Assembly (NCBI GenBank): GCA_963812605.1
Contig: CAWEWF010000001.1
Span: 352,001-416,000, forward strand
Origin: an uncultured Verrucomicrobiae bacterium
GTDB taxonomy: Bacteria; Verrucomicrobiota; Verrucomicrobiia; Palsa-1439
DNA length: 64,000 nt
Reading direction: 5' to 3'
Below the pieces are notes generated by a model. That model had not been told where the DNA came from and made no database searches. It saw nothing but the letters and a program-made list of their open reading frames with translations. Positions 49,902-60,913 of this stretch are shown in pieces; positions within the stretch are counted from its first letter, which is position 1; each line of letters starts with the position of its first letter. The position numbers were made by a program, and so were the translations under genes.

Positions 49902-50825
49902 TTATTTGAAATGATGGCCTGTCAACAAACTATAGAGGATCAGCCCGGCTCCGAGAAGCGGCAGCGGCACGAACGCGAGCCGGATGCGCGCGCCGTGAAA
50001 GTATTGGGTCAGGGTCGCGCCGATTTGCGCGCCGATGGCCGCGCCGGTATGCATGACCAGCGCGATGAGGATGTCGACGTTGCCTTTGAGGGCGTGGGTG
50101 AAGGTGCCGTAGCTGGCGGAGATCACGACCTCGAACAAATCGGTGCCGACAGCGACATGCGTGGGCACGCCGAGAATGTAGACCATCGCCGGCATGCGGA
50201 TGTAGCCCGCGCCGCCGCCGAGAAATCCGCTGAACACGCCGCCGATGTAAGCGACGACCAGGATCGTCCACAGCGAGATCTGCTTGATGCCGGAATTCGG
50301 CAGGGAAATCATGGGCGGGAAATGAAATTTTTGGAATTTTTTGGCGATGTGGGCGATGGCCGAGCGGTCTTGCTTGGGTTTACCCTTGGAGGATTTGGGA
50401 GTGGGCGCCTTTCCCATCTTCAGGGTTTGCCAGCTTTCCCAGAAGATGAAAGATGAAATCGCAACGAGGACGATGACGAACGCGATGGCGACAACGAAGT
50501 CCACGTTTTTATGCCGCTTCAACTGCTGGATGATTTGCGCGCCGGTCTCGACGCCGATGATGGTGGTCGAGGCCATGATCAGGCCGAGTTTGATGTCCAC
50601 ATTGCCCAGCGCGCGATGTTTTTTGGCGGCGACGATGGATTTTCCCACGATGTGTGCGAGGTCCGTGCCCACAACGAAATTCATCGGCACGCCGAAAAAG
50701 AACAGGGCGGGGCCCGCGAGAAAACTTCCACCGACGCCGAAAAAGCCGCCGCAGATCCCGATGATGAACCCGATGATAATCAGGTAAACGGGATTGATGT
50801 GGGTGCCGGAGATCAGGAAATCCAT
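49902..50825 (-). CDS. Sulfite exporter TauE/SafE family protein
   Basis: GFFGVGGSFL, VGTDL, GFLGGGAG...P, G.VDI repeats. Confidence 0.92.
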   Translation of the reverse strand: MDFLISGTHINPVYLIIIGFIIGICGGFFGVGGSFLAGPALFFFGVPMNFVVGTDLAHIVGKSIVAAKKHRALGNVDIKLGLIMASTTIIGVETGAQIIQQLKRHKNVDFVVAIAFVIVLVAISSFIFWESWQTLKMGKAPTPKSSKGKPKQDRSAIAHIAKKFQKFHFPPMISLPNSGIKQISLWTILVVAYIGGVFSGFLGGGAGYIRMPAMVYILGVPTHVAVGTDLFEVVISASYGTFTHALKGNVDILIALVMHTGAAIGAQIGATLTQYFHGARIRLAFVPLPLLGAGLILYSLLTGHHFK

Positions 50826-50828
50826 GGA

Positions 50829-51077
50829 TCACCCTTCACGTCTGCGAATGATGCGCAACAGCCCGGTGGTCAGCATTTCCAGGGCAACACCCTGGACGAT
50901 GATCAAGCCGAGGGCCACGAACGCGTACAAGGTTTTGTTCTGGTCGAAGACGTGTTTGATCCAGCCGCCGAGAAAATGGAGGACGAGAAAAAAGTAGGCA
51001 AAGACAAAAGCGGCATAGACGGCCAGTTCCACGAGGAACGATCCCAACGACGCGCTTTTTTTCGGGCGACCGGCCAT
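50829..51077 (-). CDS. Small two-TM membrane protein in the tauE-usp operon
   Basis: Two hydrophobic helices; 3 nt upstream of tauE start. Confidence 0.75.
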   Translation of the reverse strand: MAGRPKKSASLGSFLVELAVYAAFVFAYFFLVLHFLGGWIKHVFDQNKTLYAFVALGLIIVQGVALEMLTTGLLRIIRRREG

Positions 51078-51146
51078 GCAATTCTCGTGACCTTAGCCTA
51101 AAACATGGAAAGTTTCCAATGGCGATGTTAGGTTCGTCCGCAAACC

Positions 51147-52211
51147 ATGGCCAAACTCGGCATCTGCATCGCGGGACTCGACGGGGCGGTCGCCAGCACG
51201 ATGGTGGCGGGCGTGGCCTTGATGCGACGCGGTCGCGCGGAACCCTTGGCGATGATTGCGGAGCGGTTCGTGCGCTCGCATAAGCTGGCGACGTTTGATG
51301 AGATCGTCTTCGGTGGTTGGGACCGCCGCGGCGAGAACCTGTTTGAGGCGGCGGTGCGGAACCGGGTGGTGGAGTTGGCGCGCTTGCAGCCCGTTGCGAA
51401 GGAACTGGCGGCCTTGAAACCCTGGCCGGCAGTGACCGCGCGGGCGGTTGCGGCCGGCCGCGACATCGAGCGCTTCCGCCGCAAGCACAAGGTCGATACT
51501 GTTGTCATCCTGAATCTTTTACCGACTGCCGCGCCGGGCGACTCGCAGGTGTACGCGCGCGCGGCGCTGGAGACCGGGTCGCCGTTCATTAATTTTACGC
51601 CCAACGACTCTGGGGAGGACGGCCTTGCCAACATTCCCTTCTGTGGTCGTGACGGCAAGACGGGGCAGACGTGGTTCAAGTCGGTGCTCGCGCCAGCATT
51701 GCGCGCACGGGAATTGCGGGTGACGGGCTGGTTTTCCACGAACCTGCTCGGGAATGAGGACGGGCGGACCGTTGGCGATCCCGTGAAGGGGAAAGCGAAG
51801 ATCCGTGACAAGTCACGGTTGCTTGGCGAGATGCTGGGGTACGAGCCGCATCATCACGTCGAGATCCATTATTATCCACCGCGCGGCGACAACAAGGAAA
51901 GCTGGGACAATATCGACTTCGAAGGTTTCCTCGGTTCGCCGATGCAGCTCAAGGTGAACGCGCTTTTTCGCGACTCCATTCTCGCCGCGCCGATGTGCCT
52001 GGATTTGGCGCGCTTCATGGAACTGGCGCAGCGCCGTCGCGAGCGCGGCCCGCAGGAATGGCTCAGCCTCTATTTCAAGTCGCCGTACGCGCGTTCCGTC
52101 AAGTCGCCGCCGCCGCACGATTTCCATAAGCAGGAACGGAGGCTCGTGGACTACCTGGCCGGCATCAACTTGCAAAGAATGCCGACGAGTGGTCGTATCA
52201 GGGCGAGATGA
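51147..52211 (+). CDS. ino1: myo-Inositol-1-phosphate synthase
   Basis: GAVAST, FGGWD, INFTP, GRDGKTGQT, STNLLGNEDG, GDNKESWD, DSILAAP..LDL. Confidence 0.88.
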   Translation: MAKLGICIAGLDGAVASTMVAGVALMRRGRAEPLAMIAERFVRSHKLATFDEIVFGGWDRRGENLFEAAVRNRVVELARLQPVAKELAALKPWPAVTARAVAAGRDIERFRRKHKVDTVVILNLLPTAAPGDSQVYARAALETGSPFINFTPNDSGEDGLANIPFCGRDGKTGQTWFKSVLAPALRARELRVTGWFSTNLLGNEDGRTVGDPVKGKAKIRDKSRLLGEMLGYEPHHHVEIHYYPPRGDNKESWDNIDFEGFLGSPMQLKVNALFRDSILAAPMCLDLARFMELAQRRRERGPQEWLSLYFKSPYARSVKSPPPHDFHKQERRLVDYLAGINLQRMPTSGRIRAR

Positions 52212-52264
52212 ATGAGTTGCGGTGGGACTGAGTGAGAAAGACTTTTGACGGGTCGACACGGACG

Positions 52265-52290
52265 CGGCTCGCCGGGAGGCTCGCCCTCCA
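52265..52290. repeat. GGAG-type REP between convergent ino1 and polX
   Basis: cggctcgccgggaggctcgccctcca (reverse TGGAGGGCGAGCCTCCCGGCGAGCCG). Confidence 0.7.
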
Positions 52291-52304
52291 AACGGCTAAT
52301 TGGA

Positions 52305-54062
52305 TTAGCGCTTATTAAGCGCCTTCTCCACGTCTTTGAGAGGGAGGCAATTAATGACGTCGGATTTGGTCAGCCAGCCTTTGCGGGCGATGCCGACGCC
52401 GACGGCGAGGAACTGGAGGTCGGGGATATTATGGGCGTCAGGGTTGATGGCGCATTTGACGCCGAGTTCCTTGGCGTGTTTCCAGAGGCGCCAATCCATG
52501 TCGAGACGGTAGGGGTGAGCATTGATCTCAATGACCTTGCTGTGCTTGGCGGCGGCGGCGATGACCTCGGGCATGTTGACAGCGTAGCCTTCGCGTTCCA
52601 ACAACAAACGGCCTGTGGGATGACCGAGCATCGTGACCAGCGGGTGCGCGAGCGCCTTGCAGATGCGCTTCGTCATCTTCCCGGCGTCCATGGTGAAGCC
52701 CTGATGAACGCTCGCGACGACGTAATCAAAGAGCGCGAGCGTCTTATCGTCGAAATCGAGCGAGCCATCGGCCAGAATGTCGCACTCGGTGCCGAAGAAG
52801 ATGCGGAAACCTTCCTTGGCGAACTTGACGTTCAATTTTGTGATCTCCGCTGCTTGCAGGCGGACGCGTTTCTCGTCGAGACCGTTGGCCTGATACTCGG
52901 ATTTACTGTGGTCGGCGATGCCGAGATATTCCAAACCCAAATCCAGCGCCGCCCGTGCCATGGCCTCCACCGTCTCGATGCCATCGCTCCAGGTCGAATG
53001 ACAATGGAAAGTGCCGCGAAGGTTTTCCAGCACGATCAATTTTGGCAGAGTCCCTTTCTCCGCGGCTTCGATTTCGCCCATGTCTTCGCGCAATTCGGGC
53101 TCGACGTAATCGAGTCCAAGCGCCTTGTAGAAGTCCTCCTCGGTTTTGCACTTGATGGAACTACCCAATTCCTTCGCGCTCTTTTCTTTCTCGGCGGCGG
53201 GTGAGAAGCCGTATTCATTGAGCGAAAGATTCTTCAACTTCAACGCCCGCGCGCGAAGCGCGATGTTGTGCTCCTTGCTGCCGGTAAAATAGTTGAGCGC
53301 GAAGGCATACTGGTCGTCGGTGACGACGCGCAGGTCGGCCTGGATACCGCCCTTCAAGATCACGCTGGCCTTCGTCTCCCCCTTGGCGCTAACACTGAGG
53401 ACGCCGGGGATCTCGACGAAGTCCTCAATGATTGCCGCGGCGTCCTTCGGTTTGGCGCTGACGAGAAAGTCGATGTCGCCGATGGTTTCACGGCAGCGAC
53501 GCAAGCTGCCCCCGATGCTGCAACGAATCACGCCCGCGTGCGATCGCAATGCCTCAAGAATGGGCTTGGCGGCGGCATAGGCCTTGTCATAAAGATGACG
53601 GCCGCTGAACTGCCGCACGAGCGCGATGCCTTCGAGGATTTTCTGCTGCGATTTTTCGCCGAAACCAGCCAGTGCGGCGATCTTGCCCGCTTTGCAGGCG
53701 GCTTCCAGTTTCTCGACGGAATCGATCTTGAGTTTGTCGTACAGAATCTTTGCCCGTTTCGGGCCAAACCCGGGGATCTTTAGCATTTCCAGCAGACCTT
53801 GCGGCATTGAAGACTTCAACTCTTCGTGAAAGCCCAGTTTGTTTGTCGTGTACAATTCGGTGATCTTGGCCGCGAGGTCCTTGCCGATGCCCTTGATGTC
53901 CGTCAGGCGCTCTTCCTTGATGAGCGTACCGAGGTCCTCCGATAGACCGTCCACCATGCGCGCGGCGTTGTAATAGGCGCGCACGCGGAATGGGTTGTCC
54001 CCTTTCAACTCCAGCAGCCCCCCAATCTCCTCAAAAACTTCGGCGATTTCCTTTTTATTCAT
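52305..54062 (-). CDS. polX: DNA polymerase X with PHP domain
   Basis: NPFRVRAY, GSLRR..ETIGDIDFL, FTGSKEHN, PHP motifs HCHS..SDG, ADHS, GHPTGR, NPDAH. Confidence 0.95.
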   Translation of the reverse strand: MNKKEIAEVFEEIGGLLELKGDNPFRVRAYYNAARMVDGLSEDLGTLIKEERLTDIKGIGKDLAAKITELYTTNKLGFHEELKSSMPQGLLEMLKIPGFGPKRAKILYDKLKIDSVEKLEAACKAGKIAALAGFGEKSQQKILEGIALVRQFSGRHLYDKAYAAAKPILEALRSHAGVIRCSIGGSLRRCRETIGDIDFLVSAKPKDAAAIIEDFVEIPGVLSVSAKGETKASVILKGGIQADLRVVTDDQYAFALNYFTGSKEHNIALRARALKLKNLSLNEYGFSPAAEKEKSAKELGSSIKCKTEEDFYKALGLDYVEPELREDMGEIEAAEKGTLPKLIVLENLRGTFHCHSTWSDGIETVEAMARAALDLGLEYLGIADHSKSEYQANGLDEKRVRLQAAEITKLNVKFAKEGFRIFFGTECDILADGSLDFDDKTLALFDYVVASVHQGFTMDAGKMTKRICKALAHPLVTMLGHPTGRLLLEREGYAVNMPEVIAAAAKHSKVIEINAHPYRLDMDWRLWKHAKELGVKCAINPDAHNIPDLQFLAVGVGIARKGWLTKSDVINCLPLKDVEKALNKR

Positions 54063-54072
54063 GCCAAATCCT

Positions 54073-54534
54073 TCATGAATTCGAATGCGTGGGTGATTTC
54101 ACCTGCAACGTCGAGTTCACTTCGCGCACTCCGTCGGTTTCCAGGGCAATCAACATGGCCCTTCCAATTTGGTCGTGGGAAGCGACATTACCGGCCAAAG
54201 TGACACGGCCATCCGTGGTGTTGACGGAGATGCCGAAGATGGAGAGGTCACGTTCCAGCGCATACTTGGCCTTGATCTTCGTGGTAATCGCGGTATCCGA
54301 AGAGGCGCTGGCCACGGCGGCGCCGAATTCGGTGGCTTGGCGGCGCAAGACCTTTCCCGTGTGTCCAAGTTCGTCCTGGATGTCGTCACCCCGAAGATGC
54401 CAGGCGGCCAGCCTGGCATCGAGAACATCCCACGCATGCGCCACGCGAGGGTCGTTTCTCGCAACGATGAAGTACCAGCCGGTTGTCGCCATCAGAAATG
54501 CGCCGACCAGAAGTCCGGTGAAGAAGTTTTTCAT
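54073..54534 (-). CDS. BON domain protein
   Basis: N-terminal TM; DTAITTKIKAK...ISVNTTDGRVTLAG...GVREVNS.L. Confidence 0.88.
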   Translation of the reverse strand: MKNFFTGLLVGAFLMATTGWYFIVARNDPRVAHAWDVLDARLAAWHLRGDDIQDELGHTGKVLRRQATEFGAAVASASSDTAITTKIKAKYALERDLSIFGISVNTTDGRVTLAGNVASHDQIGRAMLIALETDGVREVNSTLQVKSPTHSNS

Positions 54535-54605
54535 GTCGTTTTCCGGCAAACATCTTATCGCCGAAACCTTGCCGAGGCAATCCAGCGAAAACAGGCGTAC
54601 CGTCG

Positions 54606-57600
54606 TCAGGGCGAGGGTTCCACGGCGACGAATCCGGTCTGGTCCGGGCCCAGGAAGAAACCGGCGCCATCGTTTTGTTTTTGGAGGAGCGCACCCCGAA
54701 ACACTGTCGGCTTGGCTGTGGCGGGGTCGACGAAGCTTCCCGAGAACAATCCCGTCTTCGCAGTGATGGTCAACTTGAACCCGTCGGCAACGCACGGTGT
54801 GACCTTATTGTTGGTGTTCAGCGTCACGGAATTACTGACGAACGAAGCCAGGTCTCCCGCGCCGGACGTAACGAGGAGGTTACAGGTTGCATCCGAGACA
54901 TTCAACGCGGCAGCACCCGGCGGTGGTGCGGCGTACACCGAACCCAGAAGCGTGATCTGTGTCTTAAACCCGTTGGGAAAAAGTTTGGCGCCCGCGATTG
55001 CCCGGCTTGAACCAGGTCAGCGTGCCGCCGAGGTCGCTGACACCAACGATGTTGGTGAAAGTCACGAAGCCCTCGATGGAACCCTGTTTTACGTACAAGG
55101 GAATGTAGACGGGCCACATCCCATTCTCGGAGACCGTCGCCGTTTGCGAAATCCGCGTACCATCACCCAACGTGGCGGAAAGTCGAATCTTGCCGCCAGC
55201 ATCCACCTTGAGGCTCCCGTAACCATTCCCTTGCGGGAAAGACGGGCCGGTATCACCTGGATTTGGCGGCAGCACAATGGTGTAATTCCCCGCGTATTGC
55301 GGGGCTGGATTGGTCTTGATATTGAACGGGGAAAGATTGGCGGTCACCGCGGATGTGGTCGTTCCGTCCGATACAGTGCCAGTAATCCGGTCGGTCCCGT
55401 TCGTGAGATCGATCTGGAGCATCACGGTCAGTGAACTTGCCCCGGTGCGGTTGATCACAGAACTGGAATCGCCATTGTTGTCAAAAACACCGGCGAACGA
55501 TTGGGCAACTCCACCCAGGGTGAATTTGGAGGAGAACGTGCCGTCACTATTCGCCGTGATGCTGATTGTGCCGGAGTTTGCCTGCGAGAAGGGGTTCGCC
55601 TGAATCAGCCCTTGATAAGCGCCAGCCACCGCTCCGAAGTTCGCCAGAGTGGCATTCGTCCCGTTATAGATGATGAGGGCAAAATCCTGGTCGGGCGAGG
55701 CTGGATCGCCAGATACGGCGCCCGAGTTGATATTGGCGGCGGTAGTCGTAACCGTGAAGCCGCCGATTGTGCCCGCTGGCAGAAAGACACTTTCGACATT
55801 GTTGCGGTGATCCGCCACACCTCCCGTAACGGAAGTCGCGCCATGGAATACATTCCCTTTGTAGGTCGCACCCGCAATCGTCACGGTCAGGTCGAGATCG
55901 TTGTTGAGGGCAAGGCCCCCCGTCGTGCTGCCAGGCGCGTCCGTCCATGCCAGCGTCACCCGGAATGGTTTGGAGGGATCAGTGATTACCCCGGTGATTG
56001 TGCGCGCCTGGCCGGAAGCGGTGAACTTATCGGCGGTGAGTTCGTCCCGCAGGATGCGCTGCGCGCCGTCGAAGGCGGTTCCGAGATCCAAGGCGCCCAT
56101 CCCCTGGCTGTTCGAGAAAAGATTGTCGTTGGCGCCCGAGCCGGTGACGTAGCGGGCGGAATTCATCAGGTATGCCTTGGTCATGGCAGGGCTGGGTGGG
56201 GGGAGTGATTGGTTGATAAAGTATTGACGCAACAAAGCGCAGGCGCCCGCCACCGCGGGCGCGGAATGGCTTGTCCCCGAGGACTCGGTGAAGAATTGCT
56301 GGCCGACTGGGAAAAAGTTGCTGGCGCTGATAAAACCACTGCCCGGCAGCCCGCAGACGCCGAGCTGGGTCGGGTCGAATTCCGTGCCGAAATTAAAAAA
56401 GCAGTCCAAGGCCAGGCCGGTGCCACTGGGCGATGGCGGCGGGGAACCTTGAGGCGCGCCGCCGGTAATGTGCGAGGAAGGCGCGACGATATCCGGCTTG
56501 ACCCGGCCATCCGCACACGGTCCGCGGCCGGAGAAACTGGCGATATCGTTCGCGCTGTTGGCATCCGTATCGAAGGTGGAACAACCGTCGTCGCCCGCCG
56601 TGTTATTGCCCCCGTTGGCGGTGGACATCGAGCGGACATTTTCGATGCCCCCAACGGCAATGATGTTTTTCGCGGTGGCCGGGGCAGTTATGGTTTGCGA
56701 GCCAGGGCCCCCATCACCATCCGAGAACACAAAAACCATTTCCTGGTTGCCGCCAACCGCTGGCTCCGCATCACGCACCAGCGCATCGTAGGCTTGCGAG
56801 TCGGAATTATACGAATCATCGTCCTCTCCCCAACTGTTATTACTGATGCGGGCGCCATCGTGGTAGGCCTGGGACGCCAACGTTGGAAAGTCCGGATTCG
56901 TAAAATTGATCGGATCGAAAATCACCGAAGACCCAACCCGGACGAATGGACAGACACCGAGGTCGTAATAATAGCCGGCGGCATCCGTGTGGGGAAAGCC
57001 GGCGGCTGATTGTCATAGCCGCAGACAATATGAGCGTTGAGATTCCCATGGCCATCACAGCCCTCGAGGGTGCTGCCCGGATTGTTGGGTGTGCCCGCCA
57101 GGCGGTTGTAGATAACGCGGCTGGCGTTGCCGGTGTCACCGAGTTCGTAGAGGGCAAAATGCCCCGGGGTGATGGTGCCATTATCGATGCCGCTGTCGCT
57201 GATGTCCACGGCGAATCCCGAAGCGGTAAATTGGGCCTGCGTGAATCCTTTGCTCGCCAACCACGCCAGATAACCCGGTGCGGTGGGCGCATCCCCCGTC
57301 AGATTGCCGGCGACGATCTGGTCCTGACGCTCGTCCTGTTTCCTTGGCGCATGGTGGGGCTGAATGGAAACCACATCCGGCTGAGCGGCGATCAAGTTCA
57401 AGTCTTGTATGCGGAGCCGCACCAGCACATTCACATACTGTAGTAAATTGTACTGGCGGTGGATCGGTTCCAGCTTGAGCCGGTCGATCAGCGCCAGCGT
57501 GGCCGCGTTTGCGGCAGGATCCGCAACGAGTTGAATTGCGAATTCATCGGTTGTAAGTTGTTGCGAGTTGCCATTCGCGTCCACGAGCCGCGCTTTGGGA

Positions 57601-58160
57601 TGGATTCTGTAACTGTCCTGATACTCGCCGTCCCACTGCACATACGCCGTCGTTCCAGTGAAGCGCTGCAGCCTGGCCAGGGACGGGGCATCTCCATACA
57701 CCAGGTAGGTATTCTCCGGGAGGTAATCGATAATTTGCGCGCCCGTTTTCTTCAACGCTTCATGCCAGGCTTTTTGCACGGGGCCAATGAACTGAACCAG
57801 GTGCAGGCGTTTGCCGCTGAATGCCCCGACCGGCTGACGAAGCGACTTCCCGGCCGTGGTTGAGGTGTCGATTAGCGCCGCATTGAGGAGAATTCCATTG
57901 CTGTCGTCACGAACTTCCGCGTGATCCGATTGCAACACTTCGGGCCGAACGTGATCCACCTCGTAGAGTTGAAAACTCCCGTAATCCGCCAGGAGTTGGC
58001 CGCCATCTTCCACAATCAACTTCGCGATCGAAGGGTCCCAGACCTTGATTTTGTGAGCTTCCGCCGGGCGGGCGGCAACCAGGAATGCACAAAGGAAAAA
58101 AACCGCCAGAAGAGGGAATGAACATGGCCCTCTCCCGCATCGTGGCGGACCCAATTGCAT
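54606..58160 (-). CDS. Secreted S8 subtilisin-like serine protease with C-terminal beta-rich domains, frameshifts near 57000 and 55000
   Basis: Signal/pro region; catalytic DSGID, GHG, SGTSHSAP; GRVKPDIVAP; TLAWTD...NNDLDL...NNVE; three ORFs join with single-base fixes; start uncertain. Confidence 0.88.
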
Positions 58161-58270
58161 AACATAAGGCGGTGTCAGCACCGCAATTTTCCCCACTCTT
58201 TGCAGACTTGACTGCGATGCTGTTTATCTAGCACAGAAGGAACAAACTGTCCATCGTTGGTGACCGCCGC

Positions 58271-58915
58271 TCAGTAATCGGGATATTTGCAGTCAAGGAG
58301 TTGTGGGCGGAATCGTTTGTAGGCGGAGACAGATTCGCGAATGACCGTGTGCGCGTCAATGCGTCCGCGGAAATCCTCGACCACCACGTGGCCGGTTTTT
58401 TCCAGTTCCTTGTAGATTTCGAAGAAGTGACGGATTTCGCGCAGCGTGTGTGGCGGCAATTGCGAGATGTCGGTATAGCTGGAGTAAATCGGGTCGTTGG
58501 TATGGACGGCAATGATCTTGATGTCCTCCGCCCCCGAGTCGTTCATGGGCAGCATGCCAATGGGCCGGGCCTTCATCACGCAGCCGGGAATGACCGGCTC
58601 CTGCGACAGCACCAGAACATCCAGCGGATCGTGGTCGCGGCAGTAGGTCTGCGGAATGAAACCATAATTGCTGGGATAATGGACGGCGCTGTGCAGCGTA
58701 CGGCTGATGTGGAGAATGCCGTTGCGCTTGTCGAGTTCGTATTTGATCTTGCTGCGCATCGGGCATTCGATAAACGCGTTGCAATCATCGGGCACCTTGT
58801 CGCCCGGGGACAGGACATGAAAGGGGTTGTACCACGCCGGCTGCAACGCCGTGCCCGAAAGCGCGGCGGGTTTTGCCTTTGAAATCTTCTTCGATTTTGC
58901 AGTTTTACGAGCCAT
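58271..58915 (-). CDS. ppa: Inorganic pyrophosphatase (family I)
   Basis: KYELDK, YPSNYGFIPQT, D.DPLDVLV, D.KIIAV, HFFEIYKELE. Confidence 0.95.
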   Translation of the reverse strand: MARKTAKSKKISKAKPAALSGTALQPAWYNPFHVLSPGDKVPDDCNAFIECPMRSKIKYELDKRNGILHISRTLHSAVHYPSNYGFIPQTYCRDHDPLDVLVLSQEPVIPGCVMKARPIGMLPMNDSGAEDIKIIAVHTNDPIYSSYTDISQLPPHTLREIRHFFEIYKELEKTGHVVVEDFRGRIDAHTVIRESVSAYKRFRPQLLDCKYPDY

Positions 58916-58971
58916 CTTCGCGGGACTCTAATGGACGGGCCTGCCGCACGCAACGTCAAAGGACAAGGAAA

Positions 58972-59463
58972 CTAACGGTCGGCGATCTCGCGCAATTGTT
59001 TCTGGCGCATCAACCAGCGAAGTTGGCCGGCGCCGGCGCGCAGTTGCTCCAATTCGACGCAGGCGACGCTGGCTTTGCCCAGCGGAAAGGCTTCCGGGCT
59101 TTCCGCGCCGATGAGCGCCGCCAGATGTTCGGACAATGACGGCATATGGCCGACCAACAGGATCTCATTGGCGGAGGCAAAGGGTTTCAAGGTTTTGAGA
59201 AACGCGGCGATGGTCGTGTTGTTCGCGAGTTCCTTCAGAAACTCCACGTCACCCGGGAACTTCAGCACCTGCGCGGTGATCTCCGCCGTTTGGCGGGCGC
59301 GCAGCAAGGGGCTGCTCAGGACGTGGGAAAGCCCAACCCCCAGTTCCGCAAGAGCGGCGCCGACAATCCGCGCTTCCTCCCGCCCCTCTCGTGTCAGTTC
59401 CCGCTCCGCATCACTTGGCGCAACATCGACGGCGGTAGCATGACGCAACAAGTAGAGCTTCAT
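58972..59463 (-). CDS. sixA: Phosphohistidine phosphatase SixA
   Basis: LLRHA, R.LT..G, SSPLLRARQTA, LVGHMP. Confidence 0.9.
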   Translation of the reverse strand: MKLYLLRHATAVDVAPSDAERELTREGREEARIVGAALAELGVGLSHVLSSPLLRARQTAEITAQVLKFPGDVEFLKELANNTTIAAFLKTLKPFASANEILLVGHMPSLSEHLAALIGAESPEAFPLGKASVACVELEQLRAGAGQLRWLMRQKQLREIADR

Positions 59464-60839
59464 CAGCCCAGGTGTTCACGCGGGTCGGTGATATGCCCGG
59501 TGAGGGCGCTGGCGGCCACGGTGTAGGGCGACGCGAGGAACACCTGCGATTCGAGGTGGCCCATTCTGCCGGGAAAATTACGGTTGGTTGCGCTGATGCA
59601 CTTCATCGGTTTGTTCAACCGGCCAAAGGTGTCGGTCGGTCCGCCGAGGCAGGCAGCGCAACTGGCGTTCTCGGTCATTTGCACTCCGGCTTCTTCGAGA
59701 ACCTGCCACACCGTCCGGGCGTTCATCTTCATGGCCTGCAACTCGCGCACGACGTCGGGCGTTGCGGGCACGCCGAAGGTATCGATCTTGACCTTGTGCC
59801 CGTTGATCACCTCGGCGAATGCGAGGAAGTCACTGGTTTTGCCGCCGGTGCAGGAACCGATGTAGGCGCGGTCGAGTTGAACCGCGCTCATGTCGCGGGC
59901 GAGCTTGCGGTTGCCTGGATTGGGATGACACGCGACCGTGGGCTCGAGTTTCGAAAGATCGAATTTCTTATCGTAAACGAATTTCTGCTGGTCGTCGGCA
60001 TCGCAAAAGAGCGGCTCGTATTTTGTCTTGGTGCCATTGCTCCTGGTGCGCGCGTCAACGTACGCGAACGTCGTTTCGTCCGGCTCGAAAATACCGTTCT
60101 TGCCGCCGGCTTCGATGGCCATGTTGGCGATGGTCATGCGGTCGTCCATGTTGAGAGCCTTCGCGCCGGGTCCCTGGAACTGCATCGCCCGATACGTCGC
60201 GCCGTCGAAACCGATGTCGCCGATGCATTCGAGGATGACGTCCTTGGCCATCACGCCTTTCGGCAGCGTGCCCTCGAGCCAGAACCGCATCGTCTCCGGC
60301 ACCTTGAGGAGCAACTTGCCCGTACCGAAGACAAAACCCGCGTCGGTGTTACCGATGCCCGTGGCAAATTCCCCGAACGCGCCCGCCATGCAGGTATGCG
60401 AGTCTGTTCCGAGCAGGATTTCGCCGGGTCGCGTGTGGCCCTTCGCGGGCAGGGCCGTGTGGCAAACGCCCGCGAAATTGCTGCCGTACTGGCGTTTGAG
60501 TTGGCCCTCGCTCGCATCGAATGCCCAGTGGCCGTCCGGGTCATCGATCACGTCGTAGAAATACTTCAGCCCCTGTTCCCGCACGAAGTCACGCAAGATG
60601 TCCACGTTGCGGTTCGATTTTGAATCCGCGGTGAAAATGTAGTGGTCGGGGATGATGACAATTTTCTCGCGATCCCACACTTTGGCGTTCGCGCCGAACT
60701 CGCGCTTGAACACGCCGATGGTGCCCGGCCCGCACACATCATGGGTCATGAGAACGTCCACGTTTACCCAGACGTTGTCGCCGGGTTGCACCGATTTCTT
60801 GCCCGAGGCGCGGGCCATGATCTTTTCTGTAAGTGTCAT
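59463..60839 (-). CDS. leuC: 3-isopropylmalate dehydratase large subunit (aconitase family)
   Basis: MTLTEKI, GTDSHTC, IGSCTGG, CAACLG, TNRNFPGRMG. Confidence 0.85.
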   Translation of the reverse strand: MTLTEKIMARASGKKSVQPGDNVWVNVDVLMTHDVCGPGTIGVFKREFGANAKVWDREKIVIIPDHYIFTADSKSNRNVDILRDFVREQGLKYFYDVIDDPDGHWAFDASEGQLKRQYGSNFAGVCHTALPAKGHTRPGEILLGTDSHTCMAGAFGEFATGIGNTDAGFVFGTGKLLLKVPETMRFWLEGTLPKGVMAKDVILECIGDIGFDGATYRAMQFQGPGAKALNMDDRMTIANMAIEAGGKNGIFEPDETTFAYVDARTRSNGTKTKYEPLFCDADDQQKFVYDKKFDLSKLEPTVACHPNPGNRKLARDMSAVQLDRAYIGSCTGGKTSDFLAFAEVINGHKVKIDTFGVPATPDVVRELQAMKMNARTVWQVLEEAGVQMTENASCAACLGGPTDTFGRLNKPMKCISATNRNFPGRMGHLESQVFLASPYTVAASALTGHITDPREHLG

Positions 60840-60913
60840 AGTATGCCAACTTCGAAGCCCCACAGGATACACGAGCAATTGTGTCCGCGCAACATCCGCG
60901 CTACACTTCAAGC

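Noticed and set aside
950-57010. Programmed frameshifting or mass pseudogenisation
   Set aside because: No slippery heptamers or in-frame stops; unrelated genes each carry single-base indels, which fits sequencing error.
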